Assembly (NCBI GenBank): GCA_964016885.1
Contig: OZ024740.1
Location: 422,654,001-422,718,000, forward strand
Source: Eledone cirrhosa
Lineage: Eukaryota
Reading direction: 5' to 3'
Length of the DNA stretch: 64,000 nucleotides
The translations under genes and the position numbers were made by a program. Below are positions 39,348 to 52,899 of this stretch, piece by piece; the first letter of the stretch is position 1, and every line of letters starts with the position of its first letter. The notes beneath the pieces are model-generated. The model saw only the letters and a list, made by a program, of their open reading frames with translations, did no database searches and had not been told where the DNA came from.

Positions 39348-41009
39348 TCTACCGCCCACCCGATGCTGCTTCCTTGTCGGGAATATTCGGATTCCGACAA
39401 AATTCTACGTATTATACTAAAACATGTATTGTATTGACTGAATTCTCTACTCTATACCTCAGGACTTTTTTGTGACTCACACTGAATTCGGAGACCCGAA
39501 CTTTACAATAGGTACCACCTGCTACCATTCCATCTCTTCCATCCTCTATATCTATATGTACTACCTATATTATCTTACTACAACTTGATCTATATTGTAT
39601 TTCCCCTTTGCTCTGATTCCTCCGATATGTTCTTATATATTTCCGTCTTACTACATCACTACCCTAGCTATGAAGGCGTTTTATTTATGTATTTTACTTT
39701 TATTAGTTTATTAATGTATTCTTTATCTTTGTATCCTGCTTTTATTTATTTGTAACTTTCCTTACTCAGGTCATTATGCATCTTTCATAGCCTCCTACCC
39801 ACCAAAGAACCACACTACTTATAACCCGGACTAACTGGGACTTTAAAATAATTATAGTCTATTTGCACTTTTCATTGGGTTTTGCTACCTTCGACTGATG
39901 TGGTGGCTTTTTCTGGCTGCGCGCCGGGCGCTCGGAAAGTTCAGCCTTCCTTGAGTGCTTGAAAAAATAAATTTCCCCTCTTTCGGTAAACGAAATTACT
40001 CGGAGCGGTTTGCTTTGCCCCGGGCCCGCCGCGCCGGCTGTTTTGACCGCCATATTATACTCATACCTATAAACTCTAGGCTTAGGCATAACTGTTAGCT
40101 GTATCATGCCTCCCTCTGCTGGCACGTAAATAAACCCCTCCTGTGTGAATTAATAGTATTCGTTTGGTATAGACGATGGCCTGTCGAAATTGTAGACTTG
40201 CCGCTAACACACCCGGGGCCTAAGGTAGCAACGTTCCTTGAGTACTCGGAAAAATTAATTTCCATTTCTTTCGCTGGACGATACCACTCGAAACTGGCTG
40301 ACACGTGGTTAGGAGGTGTTGGCTGGGATTCGCAATCGAAGGCTTTAATCTTTACTCCAGATCCCACCCTGATATCTTATCGAGATTAACTTTTTCATAT
40401 AAGACTCTCTCTGTAAGTTCATTAAATAAATCTCGCTACCTTAACCTTTAATTTTCTAATTTTTTTTTTTTTTTTTAATTTTTTTTTCAATTTATTATTT
40501 TTTTTTATTTAATTTCATCCTATAACTCGTAACATAAGTTTAACGTTCCAATTATCTGTTCACACATTAGACCATACAGACACCCATTTATGCCTTTGTT
40601 AAAATATAGATTCTTTGGAATAACATTTTTCGCGGAGTTTTCTAGCATGACTGTAGTGTGACCCTTACGCTGACTTCTTTCTTTTTTTTCTTATTTCTTC
40701 TTTCTTTCGTTCTTCCCCTTTTTTATTCTTTGACGGAGAGGTAGTAGTACATTATAAGCCTTTGGCCCCTCACCAGATGGTCATTAACAGAACGAGTAGC
40801 CATCACCTTGAGGGCGACTGGCCGAGGTGAAGACAGTTAGTTGGTCAGTCGTCCTCTCTGTCTCTGATTTTTCGGACCCATGGTTTTTACATATTCCTTT
40901 ATATTTCGAATACCTGATGATATCACCGGATTCATATGGAACCCGGTCATTGAAATAATAATAGTATAATAAACCTTTCAAGGATTTACACCAGTCCAGC
41001 CTCCTGTTA

Positions 41010-41012
<3 letters not shown>
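39348..41012 (+). mobile_element. Long (~1.65 kb) PLE-type element ending in a family B pseudo-LTR; HHR at 40910-40967
   Basis: Lies between two (TA)n tracts. The 3' 200 bp matches 17705-17915. Internal GC-rich segment 39860-40390 encodes no recognisable protein. Confidence 0.5.
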
Positions 41013-41045
<33 letters not shown>

Positions 41046-41245
41046 TAAAATAACAGATTAAAGTTTAAGCAAAGAATCCTTGCTTTCACCCTTAACGGGA
41101 TCTTCTAAGGGTGAAAGCAGCGATTCTTTGCTTCAACTTTAATCTGTTATTTTAATAAATATTTGCTCTAGGGTTCTTATATATTTGATATATATTTATC
41201 TTTATCGAACCCTCTTTGGATTTTAATCTTCACATTTATTATTAT

Positions 41246-41291
<46 letters not shown>

Positions 41292-42156
41292 TATATGATG
41301 TTGTCCAAGGGAAAGTCAATGGCCGATATATCTTGTTACCTCTGACGTCGCAACTCATTTCTACAGCTGAGTAAACCGGAGCAACGTGAAATAAAGTGTC
41401 TTGCTCAAGGACACAACACATCGCCCGGTCCGAGAATCGAACTCACAACCTCGCGATTGCAAGCCTAACACTCTAACAACTGAAAACGCACTGCAAATAT
41501 TTGGAAATTCTAAAAAAGATTGACTTATTTTGTGGATTATATATTTTTTTTACTCCTAAATTATGAAAATGATTGAAGAAACTGTTAATATTTTTGTATT
41601 TGACAACATGAGAGCTATTGTGTTTCTGAAAGATGTTAGCAGCGACATATTTTAGTCTATAGCCATGGTGTTTGTTGAAAAAAGATGAATTTAAAAAATA
41701 GTGGTTGTAATAGTTGTAGTAGTAGTAGTGGTTGTAATAGTTGTAGTAGTAGTGGTGGTAGTAGTTGTAGTAGTGGTGGTGGTGGTAGTAGTAGCTGTAA
41801 TAGTAGTGGTGGTGGTAGCAGTAGTAGTAGTGGTAATAATAATAATAGTCGTAGTGGTAGTAGTGGTGATAGTAGTAACAGTAATAATAGTGGTGGTAAG
41901 AATATCAACTATTTATCAATATACGACAATATATATTTCATTAGATGACTTTAGATTAAATCTTATTGTCACTAATTTTTATCAGACTAATTAATTTTTA
42001 GAGAAATAAAATATAATTTAGTCTCGAAAATATTGTAAAAGTTGATTTTAAAAAAATGATAAAAAATTAAAATAAATTTTATTTTAATTTTTTTTTTAAT
42101 TTTAGTTTCTTCTAAAGTCTGGAAGAAAATAAAATCTAGAATTTAGACAGAAGTGC

Positions 42157-43742
42157 AGGTAGTGTTGGGTAGTGGGTAGAGTTGGTTAATGGGGTAGAGG
42201 GTAGTGTTGGTTAATGGGGTAGAGGGTAGTGTTGGGTAGTGGGTAGAGTTGGTTAATGGGGTAGAGGGTAGTGTTGGTTAATGGGGTAGAGGGTAGTGTT
42301 GGGTAGTGGGGTAGAGGGTAGTGGGTAGAGTTGGTTAATGGGGTGTTGGGTAGTGGGTAGTGTTGGTTAATGGGGTAGAGGGTAGTGTTGGTTAATGGGG
42401 TAGTGGGTAGAGTTGGTTAATGGGGTAGTGGGTAGTGTTGGGTAGTGGATAGTGTTGGTTAATGGGGTAGAGGGTAGTGTTGGGTAGTGGGTAGAGTTGG
42501 TTAATGGGGTAGAGGGTAGTGTTGGTTAATGGGGTAGAGGGTAGTGTTGGGTAGTGGATAGTGTTGGTTAATGGGGTAGAGGGTAGTGTTGGGTAGTGTT
42601 GGTTAATGGGGTAGTGGGTAGAGTTGGTTAATGGGGTAGTGGGTAGTGTTGGGTAGTGGGTAGAGTTGGTTAATGGGGTAGTGGGGTAGAGGGTAGTGTG
42701 GGGTAGTGGGTAGAGTTGGTTAATGGGGTAGTGGGTAGTGTTGGGTAGTGGATAGTGTTGGTTAATGGGGTAGAGGGTAGTGTTAGGTAGTGGGGTAATG
42801 GGTAGAGTTGGTTAATGGGGTAGTGTTGGGTAGTGGATAGTGTTGGTTTTTGGGGTAGAGGGTAGTGTTGGGTAGTGGGTAGAGTTGGTTAATGGGGTAG
42901 AGGGTAGTGGGTAGAGTTGGTTAATGGGGTAGTGGATAGTGTTGGTTAATGGGGTAGAGGGTAGTGTTGGGTAGTGTTGGTTAATGGGGTAGTGGGTAGA
43001 GTTGGTTAATGGGGTAGTGGGTAGTGTTGGGTAGTGGATAGTGTTGGTTAATGGGGTAGAGGGTAGTGGGTAGAGTTGGTTAATGGGGTAGTGGATAGTG
43101 TTGGTTAATGGGGTAGTGGGTAGTGTTGGGTAGTGGATAGTGTTGGTTAATGGGGTAGAGGGTAGTGTTAGGTAGTGGGTAGAGTTGGTTAATGGGGTAG
43201 TGGATAGTGTTGGTTAATGGGGTAGAGGGTAGTGTTGGGTAGTGGGTAGAGGGTAGTGTTGGGTAGTGGATAGAGTTGGTTAATGGGGTAGTGGGTAGAG
43301 GGTAGAGTTGGTTAATGGGGTAGAGAGTAGTGGGTAGAGTTGGTTAATGGGGTAGAGGGTAGTGTTGGTTAATGGGGTAGTGGGTAGAGGGTAGAGTTGG
43401 TTAATGGGGTAGAGGGTAGTGGGTACAGTTGGTTAATGGGGTAGAGAGTAGTGGGTAGAGTTGGTTAATGGGGTAGAGGGTAGAGTTGGTTAATGGGGTA
43501 GAGGGTAGTGGGTAGAATTGGTTAATGGGGTAGAGGGTAGTGTTGGTTAATGGGGTAGAGGGTAGAGTTGGTTAATGGGGTAGTGGGTAGAGGGTAGAGT
43601 TGGTTAATGGGGTAGAGGGTAGTGGGTAGAGTTGGTTAATGGGGTAGAGGGTAGTGTTGGGTAGTGAGTGGGTAGAGTTGCTTAATGGGTAGAGGGTAGA
43701 GTTGGTTAATCGGGGTAGTGTTGGGTAGAGGGTAGAGTTAGT
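42157..43742 (+). repeat. G-rich scrambled minisatellite (~1.6 kb)
   Basis: Modules GGGTAGT, GGGTAGA and GTTGGTTAATGGGGTAG; almost no C on the plus strand. Confidence 0.95.
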
Positions 43743-44689
43743 TAAAACTGACAGTTTATTTATTGGTCTCCTGCTAGCTCTCCTCTTTCAGGAGATAAAA
43801 AAATAATAAAGTTTACTCGAAATATATTTGAACCATTAAAATTGCGATTATATTAATAAAGGATTTAATATTGGATATTTCTACAGTGTTTGCCTTGCGA
43901 TTCTCTTAATAAAAGAACATGATTTCAATGTATTCACTGTGTGGTGATATTGGAAAACAATGTTATCAATATTTTTCATCAATTATATATTTGTAATGTC
44001 CTGGCTAGCTAAAAACCAGACTAAAAGGTCATTTCTAAACACGAAGTCATACATTCAGTTTTTCTCTTCTTAGGAACTTAGGACTGAATAGAAATGTTTT
44101 TTTTTATATTTGCTCTAGGGTAACACTTTTATAAAGACATAGATATATTTATACCCGATGATAATGATGATCTCTCTCTCTCTCTCTCACACACAATAAT
44201 TTCATTTGCTACTTGTTTCTATGATTGCTTCCCCTCTTTTTTATTCTCTGTTTAGAGAAAGATGTTTTCTTGTTCCGGAAAGAAGAAAAAATGTGTTAGT
44301 TGCGTTTTTTCACTTTAAATACCATTGACAGTGGTAGTACTAGACATTGACAACCTAATATTTTTTGCGAGATAGAAATACGGGAATGGTGTGTGAGCTT
44401 TTGAAAGAGCAACATTGAATAAAAGTCCAACACCCTTATCACTAGCTTGTATTACCTAAGATGTGATCCGAAGAAGTCGTGTTAGTGATTGCGCGTGACG
44501 ACAGCATTATGTAATTAATAACACCACCAAAATACGTATTACAGTGAAATCTTGTTAATTTTATTGATCGACGTTCCCCTCCCCCTCAACCCCACAAATT
44601 GTTGGTTTGGAATCTGAATCAGAAACAACCATTACTATTACTTTGATATTTCAGTCATTGATGTTATTTAACCGAAAAATTTGCCCTAA

Positions 44690-45105
44690 TGAACATTAAG
44701 CCACTACCCGCAGTCTCAGATATTCAGCGTGTATCGGAGGGTCCTTGCTGTTCCCAGTAGGTATGCCTTTTCGGGTGCTCCAAAAAAAGGAGCTTGGGCT
44801 AATGTTTTTTAACCAGCCTTGGAATCTCTTCAAGAGAGTACCTGATGCTTCTATGGCGATAAGGACGACCTTGATCTCATGACAGTCCCAAATCCTTTTC
44901 AGTTCCCACTTTAGATCCTGGTACCAGTTAATTTTCTCCTCCTTTTTTTGTAATCTTGTGTCAGGGGGGCAAGCTGCATCTATAATCAAGCAAGATCTTT
45001 TTTCCTTCTCAAAAACCACCAAGTCAGGCCTATTGTGTTCTAATTCTTTATCTGTTTGTATACTGAAATCCCACAACACCTTCACCCGATCCTTTTCTAT
45101 CAGAT
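44690..45105 (-). mobile_element. R4/Dong-type non-LTR retrotransposon 3' fragment (restriction-like endonuclease)
   Basis: KVLWDFSIQTD..HNRPDLVV..CLIIDAACP..K..YQDLKWELKRIW is the RLE PD-D motif; frameshifted near the end. Confidence 0.88.
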
Positions 45106-45966
45106 CGTAAGGGGGTGTAACACTATGCCATAAATCATGTTGCCTGACGCACTAGCGATTATTGCTAATCTGCCACCCTAATGGTTATAAATAATTGTTT
45201 CTACTTTTGAAGGGGAAGGGATAGTCATTTAAATCGACCCTAGTGTATTACTGGTAATTTATTTTATCAATCCTGTAAGGATGAAAAACGAAAGCTGACC
45301 TCGGCAGGATTTTAACTGAGAACGATCTGTCCTCAAGTCAAGAGACAGCAAACTCGTCGTCAGTATTAAGAGGTGATATACGATATAGTCGTAAGACTGG
45401 TAAGATAATCCACACGTTTCCGTTTACAACCTGTCAATGTCTGTATGTTTGAGTGCATGCATATTCGATGACAAACTTTACACATAAAAATATAGCCGTA
45501 TATGTGTGTATACTTGAATGCTTAAAAAATCCGTTTGTGCAACAATTCTAGAAGCTGCATACTCCGTCAGAGAACACGAGCTATTACGACTGTGATTTAA
45601 AATAAGCGGTCTTTCTGTTTTGTGAAGATATATATATTGTTGATTAATTAAATCAAGCTTAGGTTTCGTTGACATCAGCTCACTATGAAGTCGCTATTCT
45701 CTCTCTTTGAAGTGATATGTATCCACTTTGATTTGACATGCACTCACTGTGAAGTCGTTAGTCTCACTTTGAACTGATATATCCTCGTTTAGAATTACAA
45801 ATACTCTTTAACTCTTCTCTTACCTGTTCCAATCAGTGAGTTGCAATCATGCTGGGACATCGACGTTGTGTGTGTGTGTGTGTGGATTTTGCAAGTGAAT
45901 GCATCTGTGTTTCGTATGTTCTTCATATACAGATATACAGTGGTTGTAATTCTATATGAGAATATA

Positions 45967-46471
45967 TCTAATACATAAATGGCAATTTCTGTCTGTTTGT
46001 TTGTGAACCTAAAACTCAAAAACTACCAAACTGATCTTGATGAAACTTGACACGTGTGTGGGGCTCATGTCCATTTGAATTCTTACGCATATTTCATTTT
46101 AATCGAAGGGTTCTCCGGGGGTTCAAACCCTCGCTTAATTTTCTCCCTTCGATTCATATGAAATTTAAACCATAGGTAAATGACAAGATATGATGCCTAT
46201 TCACAAAATTTCAGCAAATTTCAATAACATTAAGACACCCTAATGGGGGTTCTATTTTTTCCGAATAGCAACACTCAACTTCTCTGACAAACATTTTTTC
46301 ATCTGACCAATGCAATCAACAATATTTGTTTGTATTATTGTTTCGTAAATGAATTTGTCTTCGCTTTTGATTACCTGTCCTATATTTTAATTTCATATTT
46401 GAACTGAGAGGCATTGGGCATTTTAATGGGAACTGGCAATACCCCCCGCTCCCGGGTATTACCTCAACTAG
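45967..46471 (+). mobile_element. Complete non-autonomous Helitron
   Basis: A|TC 5' end, subterminal CTGTCTGTTTG, 3' hairpin GGCAATACCC/GGGTATTACC, then CTAG|T. Confidence 0.8.
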
Positions 46472-46487
46472 TATATATATATATGTG

Positions 46488-46690
46488 TGAGAAAAACCAC
46501 AAACCCTCCATCTCAATTCTACTTTTGAAAAGCAGAAGAACTGCGAAACCGGTAAAGGAACCAAATAAATATATATTTTTATATAAGAAGACTCCAGTTG
46601 CATTTTCGATTTCATATTTTTTCCTTATACTTTCACTCGTGTAGGACACCTCGGTTTTTTTTTCATTTTGTAAAAAAAACTCACTTTATT
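46488..46690 (+). mobile_element. PLE-type pseudo-LTR with degenerate HHR at 46522-46557
   Basis: CTT-TTGAAAA-GCAG..CTGC-GAA-ACCGGT-A-AAG; stems intact, core mutated; (TA)n-flanked. Confidence 0.5.
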
Positions 46691-47028
46691 ATATATATAT
46701 ATATGTACGTATGGATTCACCGAACATTTATTATAATGCTTGGTGTGTTTGTAAACAAACATCTCGAATTAAGCCGTACAGTTTCTAGCAACCATCGTTG
46801 CTTGCTCGTTTGTTCAACACTGACAAAGGAACGCTGTACTAGTTTCAAGCTTATTAGCTATCGTCAGCAACGTATACCTTCCTGCCAGATGATTGAACGT
46901 CTGAAAGTATATACTTTCCTTATGCATATTAACGGCTGAGCAGCCTAATTTGCATATCAAGTGAGTTAATCGGCCGGGGCACCGAAAACAATAAACGGAA
47001 AAAATGAAACGAAATTTCATTTCTCACT

Positions 47029-47083
<55 letters not shown>

Positions 47084-47088
<5 letters not shown>

Positions 47089-47826
47089 ACGTCAAGACGG
47101 GCGGTCTGGAAAGTGAAAGTAATTTTTGACACTGTGAATTTGTTTTTTTGTTTTTTTTACAACAGGTTTCAATAGTGAAAGTTACGATACACACGCAATT
47201 GTATGGATTTCTTAATATATATAAATGTGTGGGTGTGTATTTGTTTGTTTATTTACAACAGGTCTCTATAGTGATATGGTGTTAATTAGTATTGCGTGTG
47301 TGATTTTTTTTTTTTTTTTTTTTCTTTTTTTGTGTATTGTGTGTACGGAAAATGTGCACGCCTCATTGCAGACAGGACAATTCACACTGTTCGCCAACAG
47401 ACGCCGACTCGCCAACCACTGTAACATACACAACGTGTCACCGTGTATCGCCGGACACAGTGTATACACTGTTTCAAAACGATTAATAATGGCATTGGTG
47501 TCCAAAATATCTTCAACTAAGGTAACGCGATCATACACTCGTCCAGCCATATTTGATGTGACACTGTATTAGAATCCAGCCCTTCGGTGCTTCGTTTAAA
47601 AAAAATAAAATTTTCCCAGCCCCTCTGACCCAAATCCCTTATCATTCTCTGTCCTTCTTATGACCCGACCTTAATTTCTTTGAGGACAGAGAGTTGGTGT
47701 CAACAAGTTTGGCGAGATGTACAAACACATATATACACACAAACATATATATACGTCTAAACCCATGCTTGCGTGGAAGATAGACGTTAAACGATGATGA
47801 TGACACAAACATATATATATATACAA

Positions 47827-47857
<31 letters not shown>

Positions 47858-48031
47858 CACATACAGACACACACACATATATATACCCACACATTTATAT
47901 ATATTAAGAAATCCATACAATTGCGTGTGTATCGTAACTTTCACTATTGAGACCTGTTGTAAAAACATAAATAAAAAAAATTCAGTGTCAAAAATTACTT
48001 TCACTTTCCAGACCGCCCGTCTTGACGTATG

Positions 48032-48033
<2 letters not shown>
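47084..48033 (-). mobile_element. Internally deleted Merlin (IS1016/ISXO2-like) DNA transposon
   Basis: ~155-bp TIRs starting GGCATACGTCAAGACGGGCGG, inserted in (TA)n; carries a transposase N-terminal remnant. Confidence 0.75.
47340..47550 (-). pseudogene. Truncated Merlin-like transposase N-terminus
   Basis: LQWLASRRLLANSVNCPVC resembles the N-terminal Zn-ribbon of Merlin/ISXO2 transposases; no DDE domain present. Confidence 0.6.
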
Positions 48034-48090
<57 letters not shown>

Positions 48091-48385
48091 TCATCATCAT
48101 CACCGTTTTACGTCCGTTCTTCCACGCTAGCATGGGTTAGACGGGTTGTCCTGTTGTGGGCAGTGTCTGGTCGGCTGACCATGCCTTGCTCATACAGGAA
48201 CTGATCTGGCTTGATTTCTACAGCTGGATGCCCTTCCTAACACCAACCTCATTTACAGTGAGTGCTGGGTGCTTTTTCGTGGCGCCTACACGTCCACTTT
48301 ACAGTGTGGGCTGGGTGCTTTTTTGCCGTGGCACCTCCACGACCACCTTGCGGTGGGGGGAGTGGGGGCATATTGTTTATATGCT

Positions 48386-48905
48386 TCAGCATGTACCCAT
48401 GGGAGGTCGGGTACCCTGTATTACTGCGTGACGCCAGAAGTCACGGTCGTGTGTCATTGACTTTGAGAGGTGTAGTTGGGTAAGGTCGGCTTTTATCACC
48501 TCATCCCAAGTCATCTTGGGTCTCCCCACTCCGCGGTTTCCATCAACTTCTAGTGCTCTGCACCTTTTTATGCAGCTGTCATCCTTCATACGCATCACAT
48601 GTCCATACCAGCGTAACCGCCTCTCCTGCACGCAGCATTTGATTCCTCTTATGCTCAGTCTCTCTCTCAATTCATTTATGCTTTGTCGTTCACGTATATT
48701 ACTGTTACACATCCATCGGAGCATGCAGGCTTCGTTTCTCTCTAATCTACGTAAGTCTTCCACCTTCAGCGCCCAGGTCTCACTACCATGCAACATCGCT
48801 GTTCGGATACACGCATCATACAGTCTGCCTTTCATTCTGAGGGAGAAGCCTTTTGCAGCTAGCAGTGGTAGTAGTTCCCTAAACTTCTTCCATCCCGTTC
48901 TTACC
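48386..48905 (-). mobile_element. RTE-type LINE 3' ORF fragment (well preserved)
   Basis: GWKKFRELLPLL..KGRLYDACIRTAMLHGSETW..RRLRWYGHVMRM..GRPKMTW; 5'-truncated at (TA)n. Confidence 0.92.
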
Positions 48906-49164
48906 CTTATATATATATATATGTGTGTGTGTGTGTATATTTAGATATATGTGTGTGTGTATTTAGATATATGTGTGTGTATATTTAGATATATGTGTGT
49001 GTGTATATTTAGATATATATGTGTGTGTGTGTGTATATATTTAGATATGTATATGTGTGTGTGTGTATATATTTAGATATGTATGTGTGTGCGTGCGTGT
49101 TTTCCAAACAGTGTTTGAATTATTTATACATATCGGATGTCTACGATAATTTTATGGATATGTA

Positions 49165-50250
49165 ATGGTAAAGTACCAGTAATGCACTGGGTAATTGCTG
49201 GCCTTGTGCCTAAAGTAGAAACAATTATTTGTATTTAATCGATTCTGAAGAGATTATTATATCAGGAATGGAATATTCGAGTTATTTCAATCAATCGCCA
49301 ATGAATTTACTGAAGAATATGGCCAGGATTGGGTGTCTAAAGAATCCGTTTGCGCGACCATTCTAGAAGTTGCACAAGAATATAATAATAATTGTTTCTA
49401 CTTTGGCACAAGGCCAGCAATTATCCCAGTACATTACTGGTACTTTATTTTATCGACCACATAAAGACGAAAGGCAAAGTTAACCTCGGCGGGATTTGAA
49501 CCCAGAACGTAAAGGGCCGTAACTCTATATTGCAAAGCATGGTGTCCGATGCTCTACTGATATTACCTATCCACCTCCTTAATAATTCTTTCTACTTTAG
49601 GCACAAGGCCAGCAATTACCCAGTGCATTACTGGTACTTTATTTTATCGACCCCGTAAGGATGAAAGGCAAAGTCAACCTCTTATATAGGCACAAGGCCA
49701 GCAAAATTTTTTTTTGGGGGGGGGGACTAAATCGACTCCAGTACGTGACTGGTACTTTATTGCACTGGGGTCGATTTAATCGACTTTTACCTCCCCTCAA
49801 ATTGTTGGCTTTGTGCCTAAAGTAGAAATTATTATCATTATTATTTGTTAAAGGCGGTGGATTGGCAGTATCGGTAGAGGGTCGGACGCCATGCTTTGAA
49901 GCATAGAGTTACCTCCCTGTATGATCTGAGTTCAAATCCCACCGAGGTTAACTTTGCCTTTCATCCTTCCGGGGTCGATAAAATAAAGTACCAGTAATGC
50001 ACTGGTAATTGCTGGCCTTGTGCCAAAAGTAGAAAAAATTATTATTTGTTAAAGGGCGGTGGATTGGCAGTATCGGTAGAGGGTCGGACGCCATGCTTTG
50101 CAGCATAGAGTTACGGCCCTTTATGATCTGAGTTCAAATGCCGCCGAGGTTACTTTGCGTTTCATCCTTACGGGGTCGGTAAAATAAAGTACCAGTAACG
50201 TACTTATATAATTGCTGGCCTTGTGCCAAAAGTAGAAACAATTATTTGTT
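49165..50250. mobile_element. Cluster of at least 6 SINE family A copies in both orientations
   Basis: Minus copies at 49385-49760; plus copies at 49165-49228 and 49760-50250. Confidence 0.88.
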
Positions 50251-52723
50251 AAATAGAATGAAAAGAAAAGGAGAACCGAGTGCCAAGTATTGTATATTAT
50301 AGGAAGGAGTTAGCACTTGTCTTACATTTGTGTTCTGTAGTTTGTTTCAACCAAGGCCATGTTGGAACAATCCTTCAATATATGCGTCAGTGTATGTGTG
50401 TCAGTATCTATGTATCTGTGTATCTGTGTATGTGTGTATGTGGTATATACGCATTTGTACATCACACCTTCGTTTTACATACAATAATTGCAGTGTACTA
50501 TATTTTGAGTTGAGGTTATTGAAGAAAAAAAAAACCTTACATTACGTATTATGGTTGAATATATATATTCTTACAGATCTGACTATACGTTATCTAAAAT
50601 CTTTTTTAACCTTTTCATTACATATTTTTATATAATACACTTGCTATATGTTTCAAACCATTTCCAAAATAACCAAGAATTTGGAAGGATTTAGTAATGT
50701 AACTTTCTCATCAAGTATTATGATGGTATCCGTTTATAGATCTGACTACTAAACAAATGTGTCGTATTTTTCGATTAAAACGCATTTTTTATCATTATCA
50801 TCGTTTAATAATGAAAGGAGTGTCTTAGCCGAGAAATACGGTTGATATGTTTAGTTAGCTCTGTAATATATGTATCGGCAGTCCCCAACCTTTGTACACC
50901 ACGGACTGGTTTCATGCAAAACAATTTCTCCATGGTCCGAGGGGTGACGGTTGCTGTCAGTCACGCGCACAATAAGAGCAATAAAATACATCTATAAAAA
51001 AAGTCTCGAACCCAGAGGTCCACCAGGCCGGTGCTAATCCCGGTTTATGTGACGTAAAGCGACTGAGAGTATAATACTTCCCCTCTGGATAGGATGCCAG
51101 TCCGTCGCACGGTCCCTCCGGTTATTACTGGTATTCATTTTCAGCTGAGTATACTGGAGCAACGTGAAATGAAGTATTTTACTAAAGGACACAACACACA
51201 ACCCAGCCCAGGAATCGAACCAATAACATTATGATCGTAAGTCTAACACACTTACCACGAGGCTACGTACCTCCATGTAAACAAACAACAACAAAAACCT
51301 TGTATAGCCATAACTGGGATATCTTTGATCATATACGTCTGCTTGAACTGGGCTAACATGGAGCTTAAACCTATTTACATTGTTTTAATTTATTCTCTTT
51401 ATTAAAGAGAATAACAGCCACTGTTATTCCTGTAACTAACATATCTTCACTTTTATAGTCGTTGAATGGACGACAATCTTTTTATAAAACATTTTCCCCT
51501 ACCATGTCTATTATCGTTTTTTATATTTCTTACTCTTATCGCTACAATTTCCTCCCAGTTCAATTAGTGTTTACAATGTAAGGTTAAAAACTACATTGTT
51601 GATACATGTTATCTCTTCAGAGGATTTCACTCAATAAATACAAATTAAAAGAAACTAATGTAATTGAAAACGAGGAAAGAAAACAATATTTTGCTATTCT
51701 GAAAACATCTTTTATTTCAAACAACTGTTTAATTCGTTGTTTGTTAATAGTCCTTTAATCAGCTTCGTTCAATGGTGACTTTATTTTATTATTTATTTAT
51801 CGATTTATTTTACTTTATGTAAAACATCTCGTGTCTCCATTTGACGGATTTAAGAATACTTTAGTTGAATTTCTCTCACTTTAAGACATGAATACTTTGG
51901 TTGAATTTCTCTCTCTTTCTTCCGTGGCCTAATAGTCCTTTTCTTCACATTTATGACATTTACTTTACTTTCCCATACAGCCAGATCTGCCCTTATTTAT
52001 CATTCCTCCTATTTTCGTTACTTAGTTTTCTTTTTATCTTTTTTGTCTTCATGTTTCTATCATTGTATAACTTATATTTGTAAAATATAGTTGACTTAAT
52101 ATGTTTATGTATAACTGATTGTTGTGGGGGGGAAAAAACCCCGAACACCCCCGCGTAACTAAAAGTGGACTAGGCGAAATTCTATAAATAAGAACTGCCA
52201 GGGGAACTATGTGTACAGAGTCTCGTTGGTAGGAATTACACATGGGTGTCACCCCCGTTTCCTACAGATATACAAAACAGGTGTGTCACCATCATACCAC
52301 TGATTAAATATAAAAATGTTGTAATGTTTTAGAGATTAAAGCAGAGTCTGTGTCTTAAGGAAATATAATATATATATAAATAAATAAATCGATCCAGTGT
52401 GAAAGATAAAACATTCGTTATGTGTGTCGTTGTTTGTTAATAGTCCTTTAATCAACCTCGTTCAATGATGATTGTTTTTTATTTATTATTTATCGATTTA
52501 TTTTACTTTATGTAAAACGACAGCTAATGTCTTCATTTGACGGATTTAAGAATACTTTGGTTGAATTTCTCTCACTTCAAAACTAAGACATGAATGTAAA
52601 AGTAATTTATAGAAATTACTTTAGTTTTTCTTTGATTCATATATTGTGGCAGCATATTCTGTTTAATCAGGCTAAAGAGATGTACTTATTACTGATGTAC
52701 TTATTAAGATGGAAAATACATTT

Positions 52724-52899
52724 TTAGAAAAGCTCCTCCGGGAATTGTGAAGAGATCATTTTTTTTTTTTCGTGTGTTTTCAACTAATCTGACCCTAGGC
52801 TACCCCCTTCCGTTTTCGGGATAAAAAGTCGGAGATCAGATTAGTTGAAAACATACGAACAAATTCTTTTCTTAGCAATCCTCAGCGGATGCTTTTCTA
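52724..52899. repeat. Imperfect long inverted repeat
   Basis: TCGTGTGTTTTCAACTAATCTGA / TCAGATTAGTTGAAAACATACGA plus outer TAGAAAAGC / GCTTTTCTA. Confidence 0.8.
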
